The notes under the pieces are model-generated. The model was not told the origin of the DNA. It searched no databases and saw only the letters and a program-made list of their open reading frames with translations. A program made the translations under genes and the position numbers. A stretch of DNA of 63,898 nucleotides, filler included, from Choristocarpus tenellus KU-1152 (lineage: Eukaryota > Protista > Phaeophyceae): the NCBI GenBank assembly GCA_964200185.2. It is 8 parts of 8 records of this genome, joined end to end, with 100 filler letters (N's around TTAATTAATTAA, not from the genome) between each part and the next. Parts side by side here need not be neighbours in the genome. Positions count along the whole stretch, not along the records: positions 1 to 8,073 come from CAXNAD020005195.1; positions 8,174 to 17,328 come from CAXNAD020003935.1; 6 more parts are not named here. The stretch is one strand, 5' to 3'. This document shows, piece after piece, positions 1 through 11,293 of this stretch; positions within the stretch are counted from its first letter, which is position 1, and every line of letters begins with the position of its first letter.

Positions 1-2178
1 GTTGTTGAGTCCTCATTGCAAGGGGAGAGTTCCCCCCCACTCATTCCAATCCTTGGTGAACTACCTACAAAGACATGGCGGCTGCTACCCCTGCTGCCAC
101 CTGCCCCTCCAACAGTCACCCTCCTATAGCCCAGGCCTCCCCTACCATCAATCCCACTGATACTGCCATGGATGCCAACATCACCACCCCCACCCATGAA
201 CATGCCGCTTCCATCAACCCGATAATCTCGGGCATTGGCAATATTCCCATTGCCACCCCGGTGCACATCCAATGCGCTAGACAGAGCATCCTCCCATTCT
301 CTCCACTCTTGCCACTGCTTTTGAACATTTGCGCTGCCATGCGGCTGCATTTGGAAGCAGGGGCAAAGTGTATGGATCAAGGAACAGGTGCGGCTCAGGA
401 GTAGGAAACTTTACCAGCAAGTCAAAATAGAAAATTAGCAAGGATGATGTGTAAAATACGTAAGTATTGTGAAACATGCACTGCACACATCAATGGATTT
501 TAATCGAGTCCATTAAATTTTTGAACTCAAATTAACATTTACGTACACTCACAATACTTAAGATTTGAACACACTGGAAATCAGAGATTGGGTACAACCA
601 ACTGGTTACAATCAACTACAGTACAGGTTGCATCACCGTGCAGCTTTCCGGTATAACTGGTATGTGGTAGTCTGTGGCTTGCCGAAATAAGACCACAATT
701 CACTACACCAATCAGCTGGATAAATAAACCCACCTGATGCACCCCTATGCTAGAGTAGAAAGCAAGTCCCTCTTTGAAGCTAACCTTCCCTCCAGCCTGC
801 TCCTGTTCCAGAGCCCACTGTGTTGCAAGATCAAACTTACCAATGACACCCCTCCTTTTACACCTTTACTTGGAGATTGGACAGAAATGAAACAGTCAGT
901 GAAAAAAACTAACACCTTCCACAGCAAGACATGTTGATGCGATCTGATTGTACCACAATGAACATACCTGGCATTACCATGTATACATAATAGCCCACCA
1001 CTAACCCTAACCCTAACCCTCTAAAGTTGTGGCGTGAGAACTTCTATACAAAAACCGCCAAGGAGACAAACAGAATACAAAAGTGTATCGTGATCACACC
1101 ACCCAAGGGTCTTGCAACAACTCTGTAAAGAAACACCATGTGGTTGGTACAGTGAGAAGCACAAAATGCTGGGTAGTGCAAGTTCCCACCCCCCATATGC
1201 CAAATAAAGTGCGTGAGAGAGACAAGGGGGGGTGGGGGGTAGAGAGGGAGACCATAGTTTATAGTGTTTTTGATACACACAGCCCCAGTGTCATGGTCAT
1301 CAAGTAGATATAGTTCCTCAATATTTAACCCTCACAAGAGGTGTCCCAACTACGGTCAAGCCTTTCCATATTGAACTTAGAGTTTATGTAGCACCAAAAA
1401 TGGTATATCATGCATCTACATGTATGGCATTTCAAACAATCCACCACATGCAGTTAGACATTCTACTACAAATAACAGGTCAGTTTCATCTGCACTCTGG
1501 CACATGTGCTCACAAGCATGTTTTCCGCCACAAATTCTGCACCTGTGGAAGAGGACAGTCTCTCAGAACACAATCTATTAGCAAAATATCACATCAAATA
1601 CACACTCCCTCATGGGTGACCCCAACAAACAACCTTTGTACGAAGCTAGCCAATTCCATATCAGTAACCCGCCACTGGTGTAATGCCTCATGTGCTGCCA
1701 CCTTTCCCTCCTTCTCATTGCGCTCCTTCATTACAACAGAGTACGGACAGACCCGATTAGTGGTGCAATGAAATTCTTGCTTGTGTGAAGTTAGACATAA
1801 GGGAGGGAGATTGGAGGAATGATGACGAGAGAATCATTACCACTAAGTTGATAGGGCTGTCCTACTGCTATTTTCCGAGCAGGCCATCAGCAGTCTTCTG
1901 AAACCCTGCAACTGAGCTTTGAACATGGAAAAAATACAACATAAAACCATATTTCACCTACAGACAAACAATCATCACACATGCACAGAGACAGACTGGC
2001 CCCACACCTGTGCTATAAGGCGTACAATGAACTGATCCTTGTTCTGAATGATGCCCTCCTTCTTGTACACCTCCCGGAGATCATCCACACTGAGTCTGGT
2101 GTTGCGCCTGAGCTCTTTCACCTCGTCATAAATGCGCCCGTAACGTTGAAGCTTTGACTCCTTGCGTCCAGTTTCTAC
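1..2178 (-). CDS. Partial multi-exon gene, unidentified protein
   Basis: AG/GT-bounded open exons on the minus strand: 2178-2008 (VETGRKESKLQRYGRIYDEVKELRR...FIVRLIAQ, 57 codons, phase 0/0); ~1780-1634 (FHCTTNRVCPYSVVMKERNEKEGKVAAHEALHQWRVTDMELASFVQR); an exon from 1542 (CRICGGKHA.., phase compatible); 817-734 (WALEQEQAGGKVSFKEGLAFYSSIGVHQ); and 344-<1 (PHGSANVQKQWQEWREWEDALSSALD.. then Gly-rich). No family recognised and some junctions are unresolved. Confidence 0.6.
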
Positions 2179-2999
2179 CTGCCGTTGCTGATAGGCAGAA
2201 AAGTTGCGTGTGGGTGTGGGTATTTTTTGAGGTAGACAGCAGGGAAATGTTTACAATGAGGAAGATATGAGGCAAACTCTTGTTCAACAAAAATCATCCA
2301 ACTGTAGAACAAAGGTGACATTTGATATGAAATAGGTAGATCCGAGGATTGTCTCCACAGTGCTCCGTTGCACAACAATGATTATCACAGTACCATGGTG
2401 AATATTCGCTAGTTGTAGGTATTATCCACGAAACCAAACCTACAAAAAAGAACAATAATTAAACAGGGCACACGCCCCCCATGACTTTGCATACACAACA
2501 CCCAGCTTGTCCCAAACAACGCCTTTCATTTGTTCAACTCTTTGGCTTTTGATTCTGTATGCACACATATCATGTCCCACCAACCTCTCTTAAACAACGC
2601 TGGGTGTACTGTTAAAATCTATTGCCATTTATCAAATACGACCAGGAAAAAAAACTGTGGTAATATGGGCATTGACTCCCGTAGGGATGAAATCAAGAAT
2701 CACATACACACACAAGCAACAATAAATGCAGGATTGGGAGGCAAATGTAAAGCACTGTTTGTAGAATGAGCAAATTCTGTCGAGTCACAATTGGATGCAC
2801 TTCAGTGCATCCTTGCCTTCACATCCATGGAAATGCACATATTCCTGTGATAAATAGCATTACCTTACAACAGGTGCATACATATTTTGTGAAGGCTCAA
2901 AGATGAGAAGTTGTACCTGAACATACACTACTCATCGCCTTGGACAAAAAAAAGAGTCTCCCCTGCAAAATATTCTTCAATAAAACCAACAACACGTAA

Positions 3000-4300
3000 C
3001 ATCTCTACATGAAGGGTTTCTCAGACTAAAAACTCTTTTTAGAAGACGCCCTGGGTATTAATGTAAGCGGTCTTGCTCCATACAACTCAATCCATCCCCA
3101 GAACAGTTGAAAGAGCAAGCATAGGCGATAAGGGTTTTGCAGGGGCGGTCGACCTGAAAACATGAGGGGGTGGAATACCAACTGAAAGTGAATCACAGGG
3201 GAGTCCCCAAACCACATATATCACGAAACCCTTCAGGTTTCATTAGACTCTTCGTTTTGTGTCGCATACCTTCTCCTCTGTGTCGAGCCATCGCCGCAAG
3301 GTCTTACCCTTGCTAACCTCACCACCCTGATCCCGACCAGGCGACGTCTCTGGAGAGTCCCCATGCAGGAACTTCAGACAGAGGAATAGCAGAACCAGTG
3401 GCGGGATGAGCTTGGGTATGTCATGCAATCAGGTCAGAAAAATAGAGGACTAACTTATCCGCGGATGTGTTCAAATACCAATGTTAAGTTTGCTTAGGTT
3501 ATGATATTTGGCATATCAAGTGACCTTGAAAAGGAATGGAATCAATGCTTCTGGACTGCAACGGCATCTCTGCAAATCGCTCTGAAAACAAAAACAACCT
3601 AGGCAAACAAAATATTACCTTGAATCCTCTTTACACCACCAAAGTCACCAAAGTGTTCAAGAGAGTTTCTCCAACACGAGATGTTCCTACCATCCCTCAA
3701 CACATTCCACCAGTTGTAGCAAGACAATCATCACGGGTCTTGACTTCTTGCAAAGAGTCTCTCATCTCACAGACAATAAGGGAAGTTCACCGAAAACTCC
3801 ACTAAGAAGTATCTTTAAACCATTTCAGGATCGAAAAGTGATCGGTAATCTTTACCCCAAAGTTGACCCACACAATAACCGATTCGCAAAGCCTATTACC
3901 GTGATCCCTTTCACACCTCATCTACCAGCAGTTTATTCCCGCCCTTTCCATCCTCCGGCAGTTCGATGTGGGCTATGCTCTCCTCGATATTGACCCCTCC
4001 GTCCGTCTTACCCCCAGACCCCATACCTTCACTGAACGTTGTGGTATTTTCTGATTTAACTCCAACACTTTATAACTCTCTGTCCCCAAGTCAGTCTCCA
4101 CTGCGCTTCCCACCAGAAATCTGGAACGAAATATTTGTCAATCAGGCTTCTTATGAATAGGTGAAAGTAGAACCTGCCCCGATCACAATACACGTTCTGA
4201 ACTAAAACGCGGCAGTACTGTAGGGGTCCCCCGCTGGGCCCAGGTCCAGCGCACAGAAGTAATAACGCCTGTGTGGAGATGGCTCCACAAACAGTTAACG
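3000..4300 (-). mobile_element. Highly degenerate Ty1/copia LTR-retrotransposon relic (protease/integrase region)
   Basis: Broken minus-strand frames with RDQGGE (cf. integrase RSDNGGE) and ELYGARP (cf. PYE.WYGRKP); many stops and frameshifts. Confidence 0.45.
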
Positions 4301-4699
4301 TGGTCTACTTTATTTCCACTTCCCCAAACCACATCGCTGGTTTTGCCTCACTGGTTCACGTTGACCATATTTCGTTGTGTAGTAGGTGCGTGGTAGGGTT
4401 ATTGATGTCTACAGGGTTTGGAAGAAGAGGGGAGACGACCATTCCTAACCCTAAAATAAAACAATAACAAAACCCAAAAATTGGATCTCTGAATCTAGTG
4501 TATTTTTTTCCGCGCATTCTTGCCCTTTTATAGTAAAAACTTTACCAACAAAATTATACGCATTTTACAAATTGTAAATAAAACAATATTCCTTAACTAT
4601 AATTATTGTATCTTGGTACGTATTATTTCTATTTCTTCTGACTTATCATTCTGTATTGTGTGTCTTTCTTCTTCCTTTTCACATGTGTGACATCTATAA

Positions 4700-5409
4700 T
4701 GCTATAATGCGACAAGAGTGATAGTAACAAACACCTCCCTCTTCATTTCGAATTGGGTGATACCATAGACGAAGACAGGTTGGTACAAGGGAAAGGGTTT
4801 GGGGAAGGACCTCGAATTTAGAGATGGGATTGAGTGTAGGGAACAAACTTGAAGAAATAACTCGATGTTTTAGCACTAGAAGATTCAAGATGTTGCCACA
4901 AATCCGGATAGGAGATTCGAAGATGGTGAAAATTGGTGAAGGGATGAAGTTGATATATCTGATTATGTTGACATGACCTTCTTAGTGTATGAATCGCCAG
5001 CACCTTCTCCAAGGTCAGCTAAAATCGTTGGACATACTTTGTAGGATAACTCTTCTTGCGTATATTGCTTACTTCTGTTGTCATCGTTACTCTTATCTTC
5101 TTTAGCTCATCCACCCTATAATTGTCATGTTGCCAGGTTTTGACCGATTTTGCGAGAGCCCACTGACTTGGAATTGACCCGGTGATCAAGTTAATAACCA
5201 TGAGTTCTGTAACAGAAGAAGGTACAACCCCACCTGTTGAGCCCGCATGGGTACAGGAGACTATGGACAGGTACATAAACCCCAAAGTTTTTTCGAAGGG
5301 AGGAGAACCTGCCCAGCAGCCTGAACTTGTCGAGGAGAAGGATCTCTCAGATGGGAGTAAAACGATGAAATTTCAGGTGAGCATTATATGTAGCTTGTGA
5401 CGTCGAGCG

Positions 5410-5446
<37 letters not shown>

Positions 5447-7700
5447 TACCTCTAGCCACCATTTCCGTGGAAGACCCCAACCATAGCTCTTCTGACTGGT
5501 TTGAAGTCTGGACAGGTTCATCTCCAATTTTTTTGGCACCATAAAGTTTCGCAAACATCCATCGTGAAATCCAAAATACTATATTTCGTCAGCCCGACCA
5601 GTTTGTTCTTTGGATGACCTAAGAAATGAATGCCCAACGACACCGTCGGAGTGTTTGTAGACGACTTCCTTTTGCAACACTCAACATTTCTGAAGATGCC
5701 TGAATATCATGCTCCAGTGGTGGAACCATTACGCCAGAGGTTAGTCTTACTCTCCCTACTGTAAAAGAGAATATCTACTCGCTCATTCCCTTGGGTGGTC
5801 ATCGTTGTATGGATGAACATTGATAGGGTATATTGTACCTATTTCAAAGTCCTCAAACACGAAATGACTTTTGTCTTTATTTGGGGTGTTTTTTGCCGGA
5901 AATGGCTCCATCATTTGTAGGTTTTGTGGGCGCGGAATTTAGTGTGCATCGCTCGAGGTGCCATCTCCTCTGCGTTGTAGGTCATTAAAAAAAGTGTAAT
6001 TATTCTTGTAAGCTCAGGGCTGAACCTCAGCGTGGTCTTGAGCCCCATTGACGCCCAGAAAGGGAAAGAAACTCACTGAAACCTTCGAATGCGTGTCCCT
6101 CCCCCCGCCTGTCAGTTCAGATCTGACCTTGAAGATCCTTGTTTTTCTTGTCCCAGCTCATTCAGAGGAGAGTGTGAGCAGTATTTCATGCCCTAATACA
6201 TATTTTCCTGTATGGTAGTGGACATTTCATAGTTACTCCCGAGGATACTCCCGAGGATAGGTTTCCCTATTTGCGAAGGCCGATATGAGTGAACATAATA
6301 GGACCTTTTTTATACCATCCACCCAGTCTAGGTGTGTGGTTTATCATGTAGTAAAGTGCTGTTGTGCTATTACCATATTACTTCTGTTACGAATTGTGAT
6401 GCAGGTGACAACTTACGAAAAAGGTGTGTAGGTGAGATCATACTTGCAGAGAAGCAATGGTGAAAACATGTAGTGGGACCCATCATGGGAGACTTTGGTG
6501 TGTCACTAACTGTAGATCCTTGTCGTCTTGTGACCTACTTCTCTCAAATGGTGAGTCACGTTTTCTACGAAAAATTGAAGTAGTTCGTTCCTCAAGACTA
6601 CTGAGGAGGCAGAACGGATCCAAACCTCCAGTTTTTCAAGAATAAGAATGTGTATGTAATGCTCCAACTGGAAAATGACAAGAGACAGAGTAACTGCTAT
6701 CATTTATCCCCTGTGCATTGTGATGTATCTGACTGTTGTCAAACCACCAGTGTAGTGCCTCATCATGGAGTGAGATCGATGTCCAATATCTCTGTACGGA
6801 CAAGAAAATATCGCCTTGTAAATTGCCTTCCCAGTCGTTACACTTCTCTTCGCTGATATTGTGCCGTTGAAGTCCAGATATCATTTTTCGTGATGATAGG
6901 AACGGCCATTAGGAAGCAATTACAGGGGAAACAAAGACGATGGGGAACTGTGCAATTACCGGGCAAAAAAAGTGTGTTTTTTTGTGAGGTTGGTGGTGGT
7001 GTACATCAAGGCACTCACCCCTGCCCACTGTAGATGTGTTTTGATCATAGCTAGGAAGGGTAGTGATTACAGGTAAAATAAGGAAAGGGCTTCTCGAGGA
7101 TTTTGGTGCGAGGATTTGTCACAGAATATTGACTGTATTATGCCTATCAATGCTGACCCTCCATGGTACAAGTTGTGTAGTTGATTCGAGGATCTCACAG
7201 TTGGTTCTGGCCCCATGTGACTGGCAGTTATGGAGCAATTGAAACTGGTTGGTGTGGTACTCCCAAAACCCTGTGATGAAAACAATGGTGTCATCGATGT
7301 GATTGGGGTGTGACTGACTGACTTGAGTTATCTTTTTACTTGAAAGAGGTACACCTTTTTTCCTTCCCCAAACTTTTTGTTCGCAATGAACTGCGTGAAT
7401 AAATGCAGCGGTGCAGGATACACACACAAACACTCCCCTGCCCCCCCTATCAAATCTCTTGTGTGAATGAAAGGTGTACTTGCTGAAGGAACGACCCTTT
7501 TGGAGCAAGGTCACCGTCCACTGGGTCTTCCAGCCTAAAGATGTGGAAGGAGATGATTCTACCAAAACCATCATCTCGTTGATCTTTGACACATGGACTG
7601 GGGAAGTGAGTAGCACTTTATTCATCATCCTTTCGTCATTTAACCGGAGAGAGCTCGATTACATCGACTCATGACTCTAAAATTTTTGGTGTGGTGGGAG
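4700..7700 (-). mobile_element. Degenerate Ty1/copia element (integrase to RT)
   Basis: Minus-strand motif remnants in copia order: TALYYMINHTP (integrase, cf. TAVYLINRTP, ~6350), LQKEVV (~5670), SRWMFAK...MVARGNQ (RT start, cf. KWVF..ARLVARG, 5570-5443), LAKSVKTW (cf. LKQS.R.W, ~5150). Interrupted by a (CT)n tract. Confidence 0.6.
5413..5442. repeat. (CT)n microsatellite
   Basis: About 15 perfect CT units. Confidence 0.95.
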
Positions 7701-8073
7701 GGTTGTCCACTCACGCTGTTTCTCTTCAACAATAAGAAAAAGAAAAGAAGAAGTATGTATGTATGTATGTAAGTATATTCTTGACTTTCTGAGGTAGAAC
7801 AGTAACGTGTGTGCATCTCAAGCCTCTTTTTTCTTTTAACACCTGTGGGGGGTCGGGGCGAGAATATGTACAAGAAATAGTTTTGAGTAGAGGCTTACCC
7901 CCGCCAGTTGTGACGGTAGAAGGTGAGAGGAGTGTCAATGAGGCGACTCCTAGCGATGGTGAGATGTAGAGAAATAGCTGTGGCCCTTGTTGGGCACGTT
8001 GGGGTTGATTTGGGGGGGGGGGGGGTGCCCACAAAGTGTGGAGCAGCAAATGAAAAATGAAAAAAAAGACCTG

Positions 8074-8173
8074 NNNNNNNNNNNNNNNNNNNNNNNNNNN
8101 NNNNNNNNNNNNNNNNNTTAATTAATTAANNNNNNNNNNNNNNNNNNNNNNNNNNNNNNNNNNNNNNNNNNNN
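8074..8173. other. Artificial contig spacer N44-TTAATTAATTAA-N44 (also 17329-17428, 28426-28525, 31768-31867, 41944-42043, 55808-55907, 59440-59539)
   Basis: The same 100-nt spacer, with stops in all six frames, occurs 7 times. A separate 10-N gap lies at 14584-14593. Confidence 0.98.
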
Positions 8174-8509
8174 GGAAAGTCTGCGGTTTGGTTGCAGGGG
8201 ACCAGTGTTATATGGGAGGATAGTTGGGGGGGGGTGGGGGGGTACCGTTACTGTTCTAATCTTTGCGAGCATCGTCTTTAGTTTTTGACCTTCCGAGGCT
8301 CAATTGTGATACATTTTAGAATAGGACCGTGGTAGTGTACAGTACGAGGAGAAAATAGAGCCAGTGCTTCACTAGCGCATTGCAGAAGTGTCACGCCATC
8401 TAAAAACACACAAACACACAACACACAGATTTGGGGGAAATGTATCAATGTGAGAAAAACAAAAAAAGTAAAGGGTGACACGTTGCGAAAAGCAAGAGCC
8501 ACGGACACG

Positions 8510-8595
8510 CCTGTACTACAACACCTGTACTACAATACCTGTACTACAACACCTGTACTACAAATACCTGTACTACAAATACCTGTACTACAACA
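8510..8595. repeat. Minisatellite, 6 x 14-15 bp CCTGTACTACAA(C/T/AT)A
   Basis: Tandem units directly visible. Confidence 0.95.
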
Positions 8596-8989
8596 CACGT
8601 ATGCACTGCACCAACATGTGATAGAATAATTTTCCTCCACGTCAGTGCTGGCGATACAGCACTTGAGGGAGGCGTGCAGGACCAAGAAACAACAAAAAAA
8701 ACGAACTGGAAGACTGAAAAGGACTAGAGGAATGGGGACAAACAAACAGTCAAGACAACGGGCACGGGAAGAAGACACCATGGCTATAAACAACAGAGCC
8801 TCCTTCCACTGCTTTTGTGCAGTCAAACGTAAAGATCAACATATTCGAAGTAGGTTACGGGTGACAGGGGACAGGTGACTGGTGAGGGTGGTGGTGGTAG
8901 TGGTGGTAGTTGCGGAAACACTTGAGAGTAACATGAACAAGAATGCTCGACACAAAACGAAATTTACTCGACTGCAACCTGTTCACAAC

Positions 8990-10445
8990 CTTGTAAAGCT
9001 CTTCCACTTTGTTGTTGTTGGGCGTACAGCCGAGCATCCCAGTCGCCGGACAGAACAGACACATGTGTGAACATCAGATGCAACCCGGGGTGAAAAGAGG
9101 CAATTGGATATGGGGTGACGTTCAGTCTACTTTTTTTGTCCTGCCTTGGATGAGAGAGGAAGTGGCGGAATAGTTGCATCCAGCGCTATGGTCTCAAAAA
9201 AAAGTTGCAAATCTGGTTGGTGTAAAGGGGATAGGGATATAGAGCTCTACTAATGCCGCCTCTCAGACTACGAATCACTTGGGGGCATGTCTCGGAATCG
9301 CTGTTAAAAACAAAATCTGTTGGCATCGTTTTCACCAGAGGAGGTGATGATGAAAAAATGTCTTTCAGATTGAGGGGAATGGACAAGAAACACTTAGGGA
9401 GTAGAAGCACTTGAGTAAAGTTGGTAAAAGAGGCTGCCCTGCCTGATGGTTTACTATCCAGCTACTAGTGGTGGAATATATTCCCACAATAAAGGAACAC
9501 AAACAAAATTTTAATTGTGCACACTGGGAGATCATAAAATCATATCGCATACTGGTACTGGGCAGCTTGCAAACCCAGCACTTGTTTTACCAGGTTGAAC
9601 AGAATGGGAAAGAGTGGCGCCAACATCCAGGAAAGCTAACACGGTGATTGTAGCAAACCTGTCAGGGTGCCCAGAATTTGACGTTGATGACCTTCCATGG
9701 TAAGCAGGAGAGCCTCTTGGATATCACGCTTGCTCTGTTTTATTTGTGCCAATACATAGTTACATAGCAGCATCAACGCTCTGATTAATTGAATATAGAA
9801 AGGTCAAGGTTTGCTGATACAACTTTTTCTGGACTGTCTTATTCCGCCGCATAATAAAGATTGAAACTGTGTGCCTGTCATTATCCCAAAGGGGATCCAT
9901 AACGCATCTGCAATGGCAAAGCATTTTGGTTTTGTGGCCAGCAGAGAGCAGCAAGGATTATCACATGGAAAAAGGAAAACAGTTGCCTGTCGCACCTTGC
10001 CCAAGAAGTGTTGACAAGCAAGAGTTATGGAGGGTATATTCGGTTCTGGATCATCTGGGGTGAAGGCGTTGACCTTGACCTGACACGTCCCAGTCACATT
10101 TACCCTGACTCCCCGAACTGTCTCAGCCTCCGTGCTATGTACTTTGAGCGTGATGAGCTCAAGACTCAGCACTTCTACCCTCTCTGCAGGTGGGGTTTTG
10201 ACGGAGGAGGCAGGTAGGTAGCAAGTAGTAGATTTCTCGTCAACTATCAATACAAAGAGTTTAGATACACAGCAGACACTTACAAAGCACACAAATATTA
10301 GATGAGAATCAAGACAAATAAGCAGTGAGGGTATTGGGCGCTCACCGATGAACCACCACGCGAAGGTGCATTGCCCAATTATCATTCGGGAGCTCTTTGG
10401 CCCGCTAATAACAGCAACCTCTGACGGCGGTGTAATTACACACAT
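8990..10445 (-). CDS. Flotillin (SPFH/band-7 family), 5' four exons; remainder not found in this contig
   Basis: Exons 10445-10346 (MCVITPPSEVAVISGPKSSRMIIGQCTFAWWFI), 10183-9996 (ERVEVLSLELITLKVHSTEAETVRGVRVNVTGTCQVKV...ACQHFLGK), 9734-9659 (SKRDIQEALLLTMEGHQRQILGTLT) and 9006-8990 (VEELYK). All are GT-AG and phase-consistent, and match flotillin hallmarks VTG.AQVKI, EQFLGK and TLEGHQRAILGTLTVEEIY. Confidence 0.93.
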
Positions 10446-11293
10446 CCCTGAAAGTGAACAAGGAATGAGGGCGGGTGGCAACCGCATGGCAATGGTCAAC
10501 ATTCGTTGAAGTTGCCTTTCTCAATGTCATAACTTCGTTTTGAAAATGCTCCAAATATGATTAGAGGCAAATTCTCTTCGGATCACAACTGTTGAGAAAA
10601 ATTGAAAATTGTACCCAATACACCGATTGAAGTGACAAAGCCCTTTCAGTTAGTTCTGAAAAACAGTTCCAGCAGAAGATGGAAAGAGAAATGGCCACAA
10701 CACGGAATCCACTAATATGGATAGAACCATACCAACAACTGCAACCGGGAGCCGAGACCAGGAAAGAGTCCTCCAATACACACAACCAACTGGGGCATCA
10801 ACACGATAAGGTAATCCTCAAAAGTATACATTGAAGGTTGCAAGGAGCGTCACCTACCAGAATCTCAAACGCATCAACAATCGAGCATCCTCCTATCGGT
10901 TGTAACTTGCAGGTACGGCCAAATGAAAACGTTCACCACACCTCTCCGTCTGAGAGAAAGCTACATGTACAGAGGGTATGTGAAAATAACCAGTGGGGTA
11001 AGGGGGAACAGAGAGACCGGGCAACGCGCCTAGGATTGAGGACATAGATCAGGCCATTCCCCAACAAAGCACCATCATTCTCGGACACAAGAAGGCAACG
11101 TACCCATGGCTGGTGTAATTATGTGCAGAATTCAATACAGATCAGGGCGAGTGTGAGTAATATCAGCAGTTTCGAAAGTGTGGTAGGACGTGGAACTTAA
11201 GCTCGGATACTTGTTAGGATTCGAATTGTTGTATTGTTGAGGTGTAGAGTGTGAGAGGTAGAACAGAAAACAAGGTAAGTTCAATAATTTATA

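Noticed and set aside
75-404. Plus-strand 109-aa ORF, and most short ORFs in the provided track
   Set aside because: Antisense shadow of a minus-strand exon. Most listed ORFs are chance frames in introns or TEs, many with non-ATG starts.
2846-2864. 19-nt GT..AG mini-intron on the minus strand linking two short frames
   Set aside because: Far shorter than any supported intron here and no homology support; likely chance.
4850-5400. Internal inversion of the copia RT (plus-strand YVDM)
   Set aside because: Minus-strand remnants continue in the expected order; the plus-strand match is too short.
8510-8595. CRISPR-like array (also 50615-50719)
   Set aside because: Head-to-tail repeats without unique spacers, no cas genes, eukaryotic context.
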